Part shown: positions 53,869 to 62,690 of the stretch, one piece after another
Layout: every line of letters starts with the position of its first letter
Position numbering within the stretch: the stretch's first letter is position 1
Assembly: GCA_021814005.1 (NCBI GenBank)
Contig: JAKAJC010000004.1
Coordinates: forward strand, 230 to 64,229
Reading direction: 5' to 3'
DNA length: 64,000 nucleotides
DNA from: Candidatus Micrarchaeota archaeon
Lineage (GTDB): Archaea > Micrarchaeota > Micrarchaeia > Anstonellales > Anstonellaceae
Notes under the pieces: model-generated
Seen by the model: the letters and a program-made list of their open reading frames with translations, nothing else
Database searches by the model: none
Told to the model about the DNA's origin: nothing
Made by a program: the position numbers and the translations under genes

Positions 53869-54423
53869 ATGACTCTTGAATTAGGTGTGGTTTTGGGCGA
53901 GGTCGTCATCGGCCTGCTGTCCGGCGTGCTCCAGCTCTTGATTGGCCTCGGCCTTGCCATGAGCTCGGTGTATCTGGGCCTGCGCATGTTCGACCGCATG
54001 ACCAGCGGCATCAACGAAATGGCGGAGCTGAAGAAAGGGAACGTGGCTGTCGGCATTCTCATGGCCGCCGTCATCTTCTCCATCGCCAACGTGATACAGG
54101 GCGGCGTGGCGCGCCTCACGGCTGTCATCCACCCGGGTGCGCCAATGGCTGTGGTCGTCATCGGCCTGCTGTTCGGCATCCTGCAGCTCCTCATCACAAT
54201 CGCGGCTGCGGCTTTCTCCATCAACCTTGCGCTCAAGGTGTGGGACAAGATAACAACCGAGATTGACGAGACCAAGGAGCTCAAGCGCGGCAACGTGGCG
54301 GTCGCCATCGTTATGGCCGGCGTGCTTCTGGCGGTTTCGGTGATTGTCGCCTCAGGCGTTGTGGGCCTTGCGTCAGCCGTTGACCCGGTCCGCCTTGCCT
54401 CAGCACTCGGCCTTCTGGCCTAA
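53869..54423 (+). CDS. DUF350-like membrane protein with an internal duplication
   Basis: Two similar halves, each with ...E(L/M)KKGNVAV(G/A)I..A. flanked by helices. Confidence 0.65.
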   Translation: MTLELGVVLGEVVIGLLSGVLQLLIGLGLAMSSVYLGLRMFDRMTSGINEMAELKKGNVAVGILMAAVIFSIANVIQGGVARLTAVIHPGAPMAVVVIGLLFGILQLLITIAAAAFSINLALKVWDKITTEIDETKELKRGNVAVAIVMAGVLLAVSVIVASGVVGLASAVDPVRLASALGLLA

Positions 54424-54545
54424 ACCCAGCTCAAAATCCATTTTTTCTTTTTTCGGGGCTCCGGAGCGGGCCCCACCTATATCTATTATATACATGATTA
54501 AACCAACCTTTCTTTAGCTCATTCAATTAGAGTCGAGGTTTTCAC

Positions 54546-54842
54546 ATGACCAATGTATCAGAAATACGCCCCGGCACCGGCAATGTTACGGTTGAGGGCG
54601 AAATCTCAGCAAAAGACGAGCCCCGCGACGTTGTGTCGAAATTCGGCAAGCGCCTGCGCGTCTGCTCCGCCACCCTCAAGGACGAGAGCGGCGAAATCAC
54701 CCTGTCTTTGTGGAACGATGACATCGACCGCATCAACGTGGGCGACAAGGTCAAGATTGAGAACGGCTGGGTGTCCGACTTCAAGGGTCAGGCCCAGATT
54801 TCAGCCGGCAAATACGGCAAAATCACGGTGATGGGCAAGTAG
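54546..54842 (+). CDS. Single OB-fold ssDNA-binding protein (SSB/RPA-like), 98 aa
   Basis: The VTVEGEI...ATLKDESGEITLSLWNDD...GDKVKIENGWVSDFKGQAQI pattern matches short archaeal OB-fold SSBs. GAGG lies upstream. Confidence 0.75.
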   Translation: MTNVSEIRPGTGNVTVEGEISAKDEPRDVVSKFGKRLRVCSATLKDESGEITLSLWNDDIDRINVGDKVKIENGWVSDFKGQAQISAGKYGKITVMGK

Positions 54843-55007
54843 AAAATAAGGGTGGCCGCCCATCGAGCGGCCCCGGCCCGCGCCAATCAACATAAATTTT
54901 TTATTTTTTCACAACAATAATTGGCTTGAAACGCATTTAGGGGACATCTTCTCTCCCAAGTGCATATTCTCTTGCAAAACAAACGCGATTTATCGAGGTG
55001 TTTTAAT

Positions 55008-56648
55008 ATGGCAGACAGAATGCAGAACCAGAACGGCCTGCCTGAGGGCAGCCAGCGCGTTTTGGGCCGCGACGCTCAGCGCACCAACATCATGGTGGGC
55101 TATGCAGTGGCCAACATCGTGCGCACCACGCTCGGGCCCAAGGGCATGGACAAAATGCTTGTGTCCGACCTTGGAGACATCATCATCACAAACGACGGCG
55201 CCACCATCTTGGAGGAAATGAACGTCGAGCACCCGGCCGCCAAAATCATGGTCGAGATTGCCAAGACGCAGGACAAGGAGGTCGGCGACGGCACCACGAC
55301 AGCGGTCGTCATTGCAGGCGCTCTCTTGAAGAACGCGGGCGATTTGCTTGACCAGGACATCCATGCCTCCACCATTGTCAAGGGCTACATGGACGCGGCC
55401 GCGCGCTGCGAAGAGTTTTTGGGCAACATCAGCCAGCCCGTCAGCCTCAACGACACGGCCAACCTCGAGAAAATGGCCTCCATCTCAATGGGCTCCAAGT
55501 CTATTGCGGGCGGCGCTGTCAAGGACGAGCTTGCCAAGCTGGTTGTCAAGGCGGTCACGCAGGTGGCCGAGAAGAAGGGCAACAAATATTTTGTTGACGA
55601 CGAGCTCATCAAGATTGAAAAGAAGTCTGGCGGCGACATCCACGACACCAAGCTGATTCAGGGAGTATTGGTGGACAAGGAGGTCGTGCACTCGGGAATG
55701 CCCAAGACGCTGAACAAGGCCAAAATCGCCCTCGTTGACTCGGCCCTCGAAATCGAGAAGACCGAAATCGACGCCAAGATTGACATCAAGTCCCCCGACC
55801 AGATGCAGTCTTTCCTCGATCAGGAGGAGAAGATGCTCAAGGACATGGTGGACAAAATCGCCAAATCGGGCGCCACTGCCGTCTTCTGCCAGAAGGGCAT
55901 CGACGACATGGCCCAGCATTTCCTGGCCAAGAAGAATATTATGGCGGTTAGGCGCGTGAAGAAGTCCGACATGGAGAAGCTTGCCCGCGCAACAGGCGCG
56001 CGCATAGTCTCCTCGCTCGACGACCTCGCGTCCAAGGATTTGGGCGACGCGGGAACGGTGGAGGAGCGCTCCATCTCCGGCGAGAAGATGGTCTTTGTCG
56101 AGAACTGCAAAGACCCCAAGTCGGTCACGCTCTTTGTGCGCGCATCAACCGAGCACGTGGTTGCCGAGGCCGAGAGGGCCATTGTGGACGCAATCGGCGC
56201 GGTTTCAGCCGCAATCGAGGAAGGCCACTATGTCTATGGCGGCGGCTCTGCCGAAATGGAGCTGGCTGCGCGCCTGGGCGAGTATGCCAAAAAGGTGGGC
56301 GGCCGCGAACAGCTGGCCATCAACGCCTTTGCCGAAGCGCTCGAGTTCATCCCCCGCACGCTGGCGGAGAACACGGGCATGGACGCCATCGACACGCTGG
56401 TGTCCCTGCGCTCCAAGCACAGCTCTTCGGGCAACGCCTCATGGGGCATTGACGTCTATGCGGCCAAGGTGGCCGACGTCAAGACCACTGGTGTTCTCGA
56501 GCCGGCCAAGGTCAAGAGGCAGGCAATCCAGTCGGCCTCAGAGGCCGCGCGCATGATTTTGCGCATCGACGACATGATTTCCTCCAAGGCCAAGGCGCCA
56601 CAGGGCGGCCCCGGCGGCATGGGAGGCATGGGCGGCGACGACTACTAA
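55008..56648 (+). CDS. ths: Thermosome subunit (group II chaperonin)
   Basis: [28 protein letters not shown] and [11 protein letters not shown] motifs, with a GGM-rich C-terminal tail. ATG 55008 follows GAGGTG. Confidence 0.93.
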   Translation: MADRMQNQNGLPEGSQRVLGRDAQRTNIMVGYAVANIVRTTLGPKGMDKMLVSDLGDIIITNDGATILEEMNVEHPAAKIMVEIAKTQDKEVGDGTTTAVVIAGALLKNAGDLLDQDIHASTIVKGYMDAAARCEEFLGNISQPVSLNDTANLEKMASISMGSKSIAGGAVKDELAKLVVKAVTQVAEKKGNKYFVDDELIKIEKKSGGDIHDTKLIQGVLVDKEVVHSGMPKTLNKAKIALVDSALEIEKTEIDAKIDIKSPDQMQSFLDQEEKMLKDMVDKIAKSGATAVFCQKGIDDMAQHFLAKKNIMAVRRVKKSDMEKLARATGARIVSSLDDLASKDLGDAGTVEERSISGEKMVFVENCKDPKSVTLFVRASTEHVVAEAERAIVDAIGAVSAAIEEGHYVYGGGSAEMELAARLGEYAKKVGGREQLAINAFAEALEFIPRTLAENTGMDAIDTLVSLRSKHSSSGNASWGIDVYAAKVADVKTTGVLEPAKVKRQAIQSASEAARMILRIDDMISSKAKAPQGGPGGMGGMGGDDY

Positions 56649-56649
56649 G

Positions 56650-56686
56650 TTTTTTTCTTTTTATTTTTCATTTTTTCCTAATATTA
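56650..56686 (+). terminator. T-rich tract after the thermosome gene (archaeal oligo-T terminator candidate)
   Basis: tttttttctttttatttttcattttttcc lies immediately after the TAA stop. Confidence 0.5.
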
Positions 56687-56910
56687 TACAATACATGCAA
56701 TTCCGCCTTTTCCACCGAACATTAAACAAAGCAGCTATAACCAGATTTTGCCAATTTTCTCTCGTATTCAACAGCCGTTTTTGGGCCTTCTCCAAAGCCC
56801 CGTATAGTTTCGAAACCTATATAAACATGTAAGTTTATACTCATGTCAATATGTGGTAATGCACATAATGCATTGCTGAATTCACCTTTTGGAAAGGTGT
56901 GGGTGATTAG

Positions 56911-57984
56911 ATGAAAATGAACACTGTTGGTAAACTTGTTGTTGGAGCGGGCATCGGCGTCAGCTCCATCGCCGGCGTTAATGCTGCCAAGGCGCAGGAA
57001 GTCGGCCAGATGTCGATTAATGACATCAAGGCCGCGCATGCGCGCACTCTCGATTCCTTGAAAACTGTCATCAAGACAACCAAGGCAATCAACGAGGCCA
57101 AGCTTGACTACAAGCTCGACAGCCTTTCCTATCAGAAAGAGCTCAATGCAGCGCAGAAAGCGTATCTCCGGGAAATGAACGCCCTGTTGGCTGACACGAC
57201 CGGCGAGCTTTCGGCTTCGACCAAGGTCAAAATCACAGCAGAAGGCGGCATGCTTACAGCGACCGACATGAACAGCAACGTGCCACTTTCAGGCAAGTAC
57301 TTTGGCACAACCATTGACTGGAATGCCTCAAAGACATTGCAGCCCTATGCGCGCGTGCAGGGCAACTTCGGCATGACCACGCCCAACACAACGGCCGGTC
57401 AGACCGTAACGCAGGCGATTGCGGGCGCAAAAATCAACCTTGAGCCCGTCAATCTCGACATCGCAGGTTTCTATGCCGACCGCCCCTCTCCGGGCGTGCG
57501 CGGAGCCGGCGGTGTTATCGGGGAGGCAAAAGTGAGCGTGCCCCAGAGTTCTGACAGCCCGATTGGTTTCAGCATGACAGCCGGCGGCGCAGGCCAGTAC
57601 TCCAAAGAGGGATTCTTTCCGGTCTACCGTTTTGACTCCAAGCTGCAGTTGGCGCTTGAGGACTCGCAAATCCTTTCCTCAATCTTTGGCCTGCCGATTT
57701 CAGCCGAGGTCAATTACTCGCCCATCCACAACATCAACACCCTCTTGAAAACAAACGGCTTGTATGCCCCGCTCACGACCAGCACAATCGGCGGCAAACT
57801 CAAGTTCAATACCTTGAGCGGTCTGGTGTTCAGCGGTGATGTCGAAGGCGGCTCCAGCCTGTTCCGCATGAATGCCGGCGTCGGCACCAACAGCTGGCAG
57901 CTCAACTTCAACCTTGAGCAGTACAACAACCGGGACCTGAACGTGCGCAAAGTCGGCGTTAAGGGCAGCGTGAATATCCGCTAG
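56911..57984 (+). CDS. Hypothetical secreted protein (357 aa): helical N-terminal part, then a Gly/Ser/Thr/Asn-rich region with alternating polar/hydrophobic pattern (beta-rich)
   Basis: Signal-like MKMNTVGKLVVGAGIGVSSIAGVNAAKA and no Cys. A CTATATAAA box lies ~90 nt upstream and GGTGA is the SD. No family recognised. Confidence 0.7.
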   Translation: MKMNTVGKLVVGAGIGVSSIAGVNAAKAQEVGQMSINDIKAAHARTLDSLKTVIKTTKAINEAKLDYKLDSLSYQKELNAAQKAYLREMNALLADTTGELSASTKVKITAEGGMLTATDMNSNVPLSGKYFGTTIDWNASKTLQPYARVQGNFGMTTPNTTAGQTVTQAIAGAKINLEPVNLDIAGFYADRPSPGVRGAGGVIGEAKVSVPQSSDSPIGFSMTAGGAGQYSKEGFFPVYRFDSKLQLALEDSQILSSIFGLPISAEVNYSPIHNINTLLKTNGLYAPLTTSTIGGKLKFNTLSGLVFSGDVEGGSSLFRMNAGVGTNSWQLNFNLEQYNNRDLNVRKVGVKGSVNIR

Positions 57985-57987
57985 TTG

Positions 57988-57998
57988 GGATTTTGGGC
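57988..57998. repeat. 11-nt direct repeat GGATTTTGGGC, copy 1 (copy 2 at 58250-58260)
   Basis: A perfect 11-mer pair brackets a ~250-bp GC-rich non-coding segment. Confidence 0.7.
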
Positions 57999-58009
57999 AA
58001 TGAACGGAA

Positions 58010-58032
58010 CTGGCCGGTCAGACACCGGCCAG
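58010..58032 (+). other. Perfect 9-bp stem-loop CTGGCCGGT-CAGAC-ACCGGCCAG
   Basis: Lies 25 nt downstream of the stop at 57984. It is the first of several GC-rich hairpins in 58000-58210, which are followed by T-runs at 58214-58240. Confidence 0.7.
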
Positions 58033-58249
58033 TCCGCAAGCCCTTTTCCGTTTCTTCAGCCACCGCTCGGTGGGGAAGTTCGGTCTCTTGGTGAATGGAT
58101 GCGGCCGGGGCGCTTTTGCGTCTTGTACGCACGGGCGTCCCGTCGCAGGGACACACCATTCCCATAAAATCACCCCAACTTTCCAGCCCGGACCCCATGA
58201 CCGGCCGGAGGTTCTTTTTTCATTTTTAATTTTATTTTCGTCATACGCC

Positions 58250-58260
58250 GGATTTTGGGC
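58250..58260. repeat. 11-nt direct repeat GGATTTTGGGC, copy 2
   Basis: Perfect match to 57988-57998. Confidence 0.7.
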
Positions 58261-58319
58261 CGCTTTTACATCGCTTATATAATGTTTCTTGTCCATGCTC
58301 TAACCAGTGTGGGATTGCC

Positions 58320-58721
58320 ATGAAACAGATTACTCTTGTAGTCGACGACAAGGTTGGCCTTCTGGCCGACGTCTCATATCTTTTGGGCCGCTCCAAAATC
58401 AACATTGAGGCCATCAGCGCCGCAATGGTGGGCGGCAAGTCAATCGTCACTCTTACAATCAAGGACAGCCGCCGCGCCCTCGAGGTTCTGGCGGCCAACG
58501 GCTACCACTGCCTTGAGGCGGACAGCCTTGTGGCAAAGCTCGACAACAAGGCGGGCGAGCTGGCCAAGATGTCACGCCTTCTGGCGGACAACAATGTCAA
58601 CATCGAGAGCGTCACCATGATAAGCCAGGACGACCGCGTCTCGATATACTCCCTGCGCGTGGACAAGCCGAGCAAGGCCGAGAAAATCCTCGGGCCTTAC
58701 CTGAGCGTAGAGAACATTTGA
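58320..58721 (+). CDS. ACT-domain protein (2 ACT-like halves), paralog 1
   Basis: MKQITLVVDDKVGLLADVSYLLGRSKINIEAIS and a second half AKLDNKAGELAKMSRLLADNNVNIESV. Confidence 0.75.
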   Translation: MKQITLVVDDKVGLLADVSYLLGRSKINIEAISAAMVGGKSIVTLTIKDSRRALEVLAANGYHCLEADSLVAKLDNKAGELAKMSRLLADNNVNIESVTMISQDDRVSIYSLRVDKPSKAEKILGPYLSVENI

Positions 58722-58746
58722 TTTCCTAAAATTCGGGGGTTTTATC

Positions 58747-59145
58747 ATGAAGCAGCTCACTATTGTAGCCGATGACAAGGTAGGCCTTCTGGCCGACATC
58801 TCATACCTTTTGGGCCACGCCAAGGTCAACATCGAGTCGATTTCGGTGAGCGTGGCGGGCGGCAAGGCGTTCATCAACCTGGGCGTGCGCGACGACTCGC
58901 GCGTGCTGCAGGTGCTCAAAGCCAACGGCTACGACGTCATCGCGTCAGACCTTCTTGTGGTCAAGCTGGCCGACAAGCCCGGCGAGCTGGCCCGCATCGC
59001 CAAACTGCTCTCGGACGGGGGCGTCTCGATTGAGAACGTGGTGATTCTGGCCAAGATGGAGGGCATGGTGTTCGACTGCATCAAAGTCGACAAGCTGGAA
59101 AAGGCGCGCAAGCTTTTGGGCCCCTATTTGGATTTGGAGCGCTAG
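58747..59145 (+). CDS. ACT-domain protein, paralog 2 (tandem duplicate)
   Basis: MKQLTIVADDKVGLLADISYLLGHAKVNIESIS is collinear with the upstream paralog. Confidence 0.75.
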   Translation: MKQLTIVADDKVGLLADISYLLGHAKVNIESISVSVAGGKAFINLGVRDDSRVLQVLKANGYDVIASDLLVVKLADKPGELARIAKLLSDGGVSIENVVILAKMEGMVFDCIKVDKLEKARKLLGPYLDLER

Positions 59146-59192
59146 CCCGCATCCGTTCGGGTTTTTAACCCCGCCACACAAAATAATATCAT

Positions 59193-59264
59193 AGCCCCTT
59201 CGTCTAGCGGCAAGGACATCAGGCTCTGAACCTGAGGACATCGGTTCGAATCCGGTAGGGGCTA
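59193..59264 (+). tRNA. tRNA-Gln (CUG)
   Basis: Hand fold: AGCCCCT-TC-GTCT-AGCGGCAA-GGAC-A-TCAGG-CTCTGAA-CCTGA-GGAC-ATCGG-TTCGAAT-CCGGT-AGGGGCT-A. It has the A1:U72 pair typical of archaeal tRNA-Gln. Confidence 0.88.
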
Positions 59265-59267
59265 AGC

Positions 59268-59331
59268 TTTTTTCTTTCTCTTTCTGCGGAAAGAGGAAAG
59301 AAAAAACCTTGGAAAAAAGAAAGAGAAAGAC
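59268..59331. terminator. Homopyrimidine/homopurine hairpin plus purine mirror repeat between tRNA-Gln and a convergent gene
   Basis: TTTTTTCTTTCTCTTTC-TGCG-GAAAGAGGAAAGAAAAAA forms a ~17-bp stem with one bulge. It is followed by CCTTGG and AAAAAAGAAAGAGAAAG, the mirror image of the purine arm. Confidence 0.55.
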
Positions 59332-59360
59332 AAACTCCTTCTCAGTCAAAGCTCGCCAAA

Positions 59361-60431
59361 CTAACCTCTTCGCGCGGCCAAAACCGCGAACAATGCCACG
59401 ACCGAGAGGGCAAACATGCTCAGCGGGCAGGCGGCCGGCTTTGCGCCGCCGGAAGAAGCGGCCGCCGAAGCTGCCTTTTGCAGCGCGGCTGTCGAGGCGA
59501 TGTAGGCATCTTGAATCTCGTCTTGCGCGCTTCCGGCCTCCTGCGTTGAATTTTCAAACAGCGAATTACGTGCATCCCACTGCTCTTGCGTGAGCTGTGT
59601 GATATTCACCACTCCGCGCGCATCCACCACAGCCAATTGGCCGGCTTCCACAGTTTTTTTCAAATCTGTGCGGTTCACCCCGCCGACTATGGGCGTGACG
59701 TCAACAAGCCCCTCGTGCAGATAAAGCGTCGTGATGTTCTCGTTCTGTTCCAGAATAAATTCTGTTCCGCGCGGCGCAATGACCGCATTCGGGGTAAGAA
59801 TATAGAAATTAAACCATGACTTGGACATTCTCTCCGCCAGTTTCAAATCCCCATCAAGCAGGACGGGCGCAAGATTTTTCATCAGCGTCAAGATGGTGCC
59901 CCTGCCGGTTTTGTACATGTGGCCGTCCGGCATTGTCACCCATGCCAGCCCCCGCACGGTGTAGCTGTCTTCTTTCATGGTAACGCTTGTGCCTGAATAC
60001 ACATGAAGCCTTGTTCCGTCGCTGAGTTTGAGCGCGACATCACCTTTTGCAACGCGCAGGGTGTCGCCGGCCCTAAGATTATTGTCGCCCGGCGGCGCTA
60101 TCGTGCCGTCTGCATGAAAAATCCTAAAACTGCTGTTTTCACTCTCGATTGTGCCGGTGAGATTGGTCGGCGTGCCGGTAGTCTGGCCGGTTGAACCAGT
60201 TGTCTGGCCCCCCGTTGCGGCCGAACAGCCGGCATTGTTTTTGAAAGCCTCATACTGGCAGCACTCGGCGCCCTGGCAGCAGCCGCCCTGCTCTTTTGGA
60301 ATGTATTCTCCGCTGGCGGTGAATCCGCCGGCGCAAACTGCATCCGGAACCTCGGGCACCTGGGCCTGGATAATTCCGGCCGACAGCAAAAGGGCCATCG
60401 CCATGCACAGCATCACAAAGAGTCTGGCCAT
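59361..60431 (-). CDS. Hypothetical secreted protein (356 aa) with a Cys-knot N-terminus, a Thr/Gly linker, a beta-rich (FecR-like?) core and a C-terminal TM anchor
   Basis: Signal MARLFVMLCMAMALLLSAGIIQA, then CAGG...GGCCQGAECCQYEAFKNNAGC and a GQTTGSTGQTTGT linker. The segment RAGDTLRVAKGDVALKLSDGTRLHVYSGTSV resembles FecR-type domains. C-terminus is ACPLSMFALSVVALFAVLAARRG. Confidence 0.7.
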   Translation of the reverse strand: MARLFVMLCMAMALLLSAGIIQAQVPEVPDAVCAGGFTASGEYIPKEQGGCCQGAECCQYEAFKNNAGCSAATGGQTTGSTGQTTGTPTNLTGTIESENSSFRIFHADGTIAPPGDNNLRAGDTLRVAKGDVALKLSDGTRLHVYSGTSVTMKEDSYTVRGLAWVTMPDGHMYKTGRGTILTLMKNLAPVLLDGDLKLAERMSKSWFNFYILTPNAVIAPRGTEFILEQNENITTLYLHEGLVDVTPIVGGVNRTDLKKTVEAGQLAVVDARGVVNITQLTQEQWDARNSLFENSTQEAGSAQDEIQDAYIASTAALQKAASAAASSGGAKPAACPLSMFALSVVALFAVLAARRG

Positions 60432-60471
60432 GGCGGCAGTTATGGGCAGGAGATATTTAACACAAACAGCT

Positions 60472-60544
60472 TGGACCCGGAGCGAATCGAACGCTCAGTC
60501 TTCTGCGTGTAAGGCAGACGTGTTAACCATTCCACCACGGGTCC
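60472..60544 (-). tRNA. tRNA-Val (UAC)
   Basis: Hand fold of the reverse complement: GGACCCG-TG-GTGG-AATGGTTA-ACAC-G-TCTGC-CTTACAC-GCAGA-AGACT-GAGCG-TTCGATT-CGCTC-CGGGTCC-A. Confidence 0.88.
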
Positions 60545-60604
60545 GATGGTTCCGAATTAGATTGAGCCGCCAATGATTAAAAAGCGGCTCCGGCATTTGG
60601 TTTT

Positions 60605-60907
60605 ATGCATCTCGTCTTCACCTCGGTTGCGAAAAAGGCGCAAGCGGCGAAAATGGCCAAATCCCTTGTCCGCTCGTCTCTTGCGGCCTGCGTGTCCTTG
60701 AGCCCCATTGAATCTGTCTATTCATGGAAAAACGAAATGATTCATGCGCGCGAATATTTGCTTGAAATCAAGACAGCAAATCCGGCCGCGGTCCGCGCAT
60801 GGCTGGCCAAACACCACCCCTACCGCCTCCCGATGATTTATTCTCAAAAAACAACGGCAGTGGAATCACGCTATGCCAAATGGGTAAAAAGCGCGCACAA
60901 GAGGTAA
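60605..60907 (+). CDS. cutA: Divalent-cation tolerance protein CutA
   Basis: LAACVSLSPIESVYSWKNEM...LLEIKT...HPYRLPMI matches the CutA1 pattern. Confidence 0.8.
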   Translation: MHLVFTSVAKKAQAAKMAKSLVRSSLAACVSLSPIESVYSWKNEMIHAREYLLEIKTANPAAVRAWLAKHHPYRLPMIYSQKTTAVESRYAKWVKSAHKR

Positions 60908-60911
60908 GCAC

Positions 60912-61259
60912 ATGCCAAACCAGAAAGCTGCAAAACCGGCATCAAATTCCTCACTAATCCGTTTCCGGCTGCACAAGCAGGGGGACGAATTGGTGCTGGC
61001 TGCGGCAGATGAGGATGCTCTTGGCCTGCGCCACGAAGGCAATGGCCGCGTGCTCGACTTGGTCAAATTCGCGTCATTTTACGGGGAGGAAACCATCGAG
61101 GCAGCAGACTTGGCGCCCCACCTCTCTGCCTGCACTTCAGCCAATCTGGTCGGCGAAAAAGCGGTCGGCGCGGCCCTCTCAATGGGGCTGGCCGAAAAGG
61201 GGGCGGTGGTGCGAATCGGGGCCGTGCCCCATCTGCAGCTCTACCGCGCCCGCCCCTAA
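60912..61259 (+). CDS. DUF424 family protein
   Basis: LAAADEDALGL...FYGEE...ANLVGEKAV...IGAVPHLQLY matches the archaeal DUF424 pattern. Confidence 0.65.
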   Translation: MPNQKAAKPASNSSLIRFRLHKQGDELVLAAADEDALGLRHEGNGRVLDLVKFASFYGEETIEAADLAPHLSACTSANLVGEKAVGAALSMGLAEKGAVVRIGAVPHLQLYRARP

Positions 61260-61347
61260 TCTGCTACCTTTTCACGTCGAGAGCGGGCAAAGCTATTTAA
61301 AATAAAAGGTGGTAGCGCAAGACAGAGTGAAAAGATAGGTGATACTC

Positions 61348-61602
61348 ATGACGAAGATCGTCATCGCCAAGCAATTAGCAGGCAAGAAAATCATTACCAA
61401 CGACGGTGAGGAGCTCGGCAAGCTCATCGATTTGAACGTCCACGATGTGAGCGGGAAAATCGAGAGCATGCTGGTGGAGCCCAATCTGGACAACGCATTG
61501 GCGCGCGCGCTCAACAAGGAGGAAGGGCTCATCAACATCCCCTACTCCTCGGTGCTTGCGTCATCCGACCACATCATCGTCGACAAGAAAGCGATTCACT
61601 AA
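61348..61602 (+). CDS. PRC-barrel domain protein
   Basis: LAGKKIITNDGEELGKLIDLNVHDVSGKIESMLV is a typical PRC barrel. ATG 61348 lies 5 nt after AGGTGA. Confidence 0.75.
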   Translation: MTKIVIAKQLAGKKIITNDGEELGKLIDLNVHDVSGKIESMLVEPNLDNALARALNKEEGLINIPYSSVLASSDHIIVDKKAIH

Positions 61603-61664
61603 GTTTTTTCTATTTTAGTTTTTCATTTTTACTTTTAGTTTTTATCATTTCTTTGGGAGTTTGA

Positions 61665-62507
61665 ATGCTGATGGACCCTCTTTCTATTCTTATTCTGGGT
61701 GCCGTGCAGGGCATAGCAGAATGGCTGCCAATATCCTCCAAAACCCTTGACACCGCCGTCTTTCTCCAGATGCTGGGCGGCTCGCGCGAGGCGGTCGTTC
61801 CCCTCCTGCTCTACCTCCATCTGGGCACATTTCTCGCAGCCCTCGTCTACTTCCGCTCCCAGCTAATCGAGCTGATTCGCGCCGGATGGCAAATCGTGCG
61901 CAGCGCCGGCAAAAACAAGGAGCGGGGGAGCGAACTCCTCTTCTTTGTCTTTGCCCTCTTTGGCACAGGCCTAATCGCCTTGCCATTGCTGTGGCTGTCG
62001 AAAAACTTTCTTGCCAACCTTGATTTGGGCTTTTTGTTTGCCTTTATGGGCGCGGGGCTCATCATCACCGCGCTGCTTCTTCATTCGCAAAAAGGGCGGC
62101 GCCAGTACAGAACCACTTCAGCTGCCGGCCCTCTCGATGGCCTGACAGTCGGGTTGATGCAGGGCCTCAGCGTGCTGCCCGGCCTCTCCCGCTCCGGCGT
62201 GAGCACAACCGCCCTCATCTGGCGCGGCTTTGACGCCTACTCGGCCTTCGAGCTGAGCTTCATTCTATCCATTCCGACCGTGCTCTGTGCTGAGATGGTG
62301 CTGTGGGGCTACCAGCTTTTCGCCGACCGCTCGCTTTTGGGCGCGCTGGCAGTGGGAGACGGGCTCATGCTGGCCGCATCCAGCGCAGTCTTCGGTTATC
62401 TCACAATAGGCGCCCTTCTCAGGCTGGCCCGCAAGCTCGACTTCTCAGTCATTGCGGGCGCATTTGGCCTTCTCATGCTCATCGCGGGCCTTGTACGGCT
62501 GACCTGA
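61665..62507 (+). CDS. uppP: Undecaprenyl-diphosphatase (UppP/BacA family)
   Basis: ILGAVQGIAEWLPISS N-terminal motif, the later PGLSRSG motif, and ~8 TM helices. Confidence 0.85.
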   Translation: MLMDPLSILILGAVQGIAEWLPISSKTLDTAVFLQMLGGSREAVVPLLLYLHLGTFLAALVYFRSQLIELIRAGWQIVRSAGKNKERGSELLFFVFALFGTGLIALPLLWLSKNFLANLDLGFLFAFMGAGLIITALLLHSQKGRRQYRTTSAAGPLDGLTVGLMQGLSVLPGLSRSGVSTTALIWRGFDAYSAFELSFILSIPTVLCAEMVLWGYQLFADRSLLGALAVGDGLMLAASSAVFGYLTIGALLRLARKLDFSVIAGAFGLLMLIAGLVRLT

Positions 62508-62690
62508 TTTTGCAGATATTGTGCGGCTTGGCCTATCCAGTGCGGCAGGCCTGTTTTCCCTCATTTTGCCTGCGCGGGCGCGGGCATTTAAATCTCTTTT
62601 TCCCTATCTCTGTGCAATGATGAAATCGAGGTATTCCTGACGCCCGAACCTCAGAGCTTTGGGCGGCCATGAGGAAGATCTTGAGTACTG

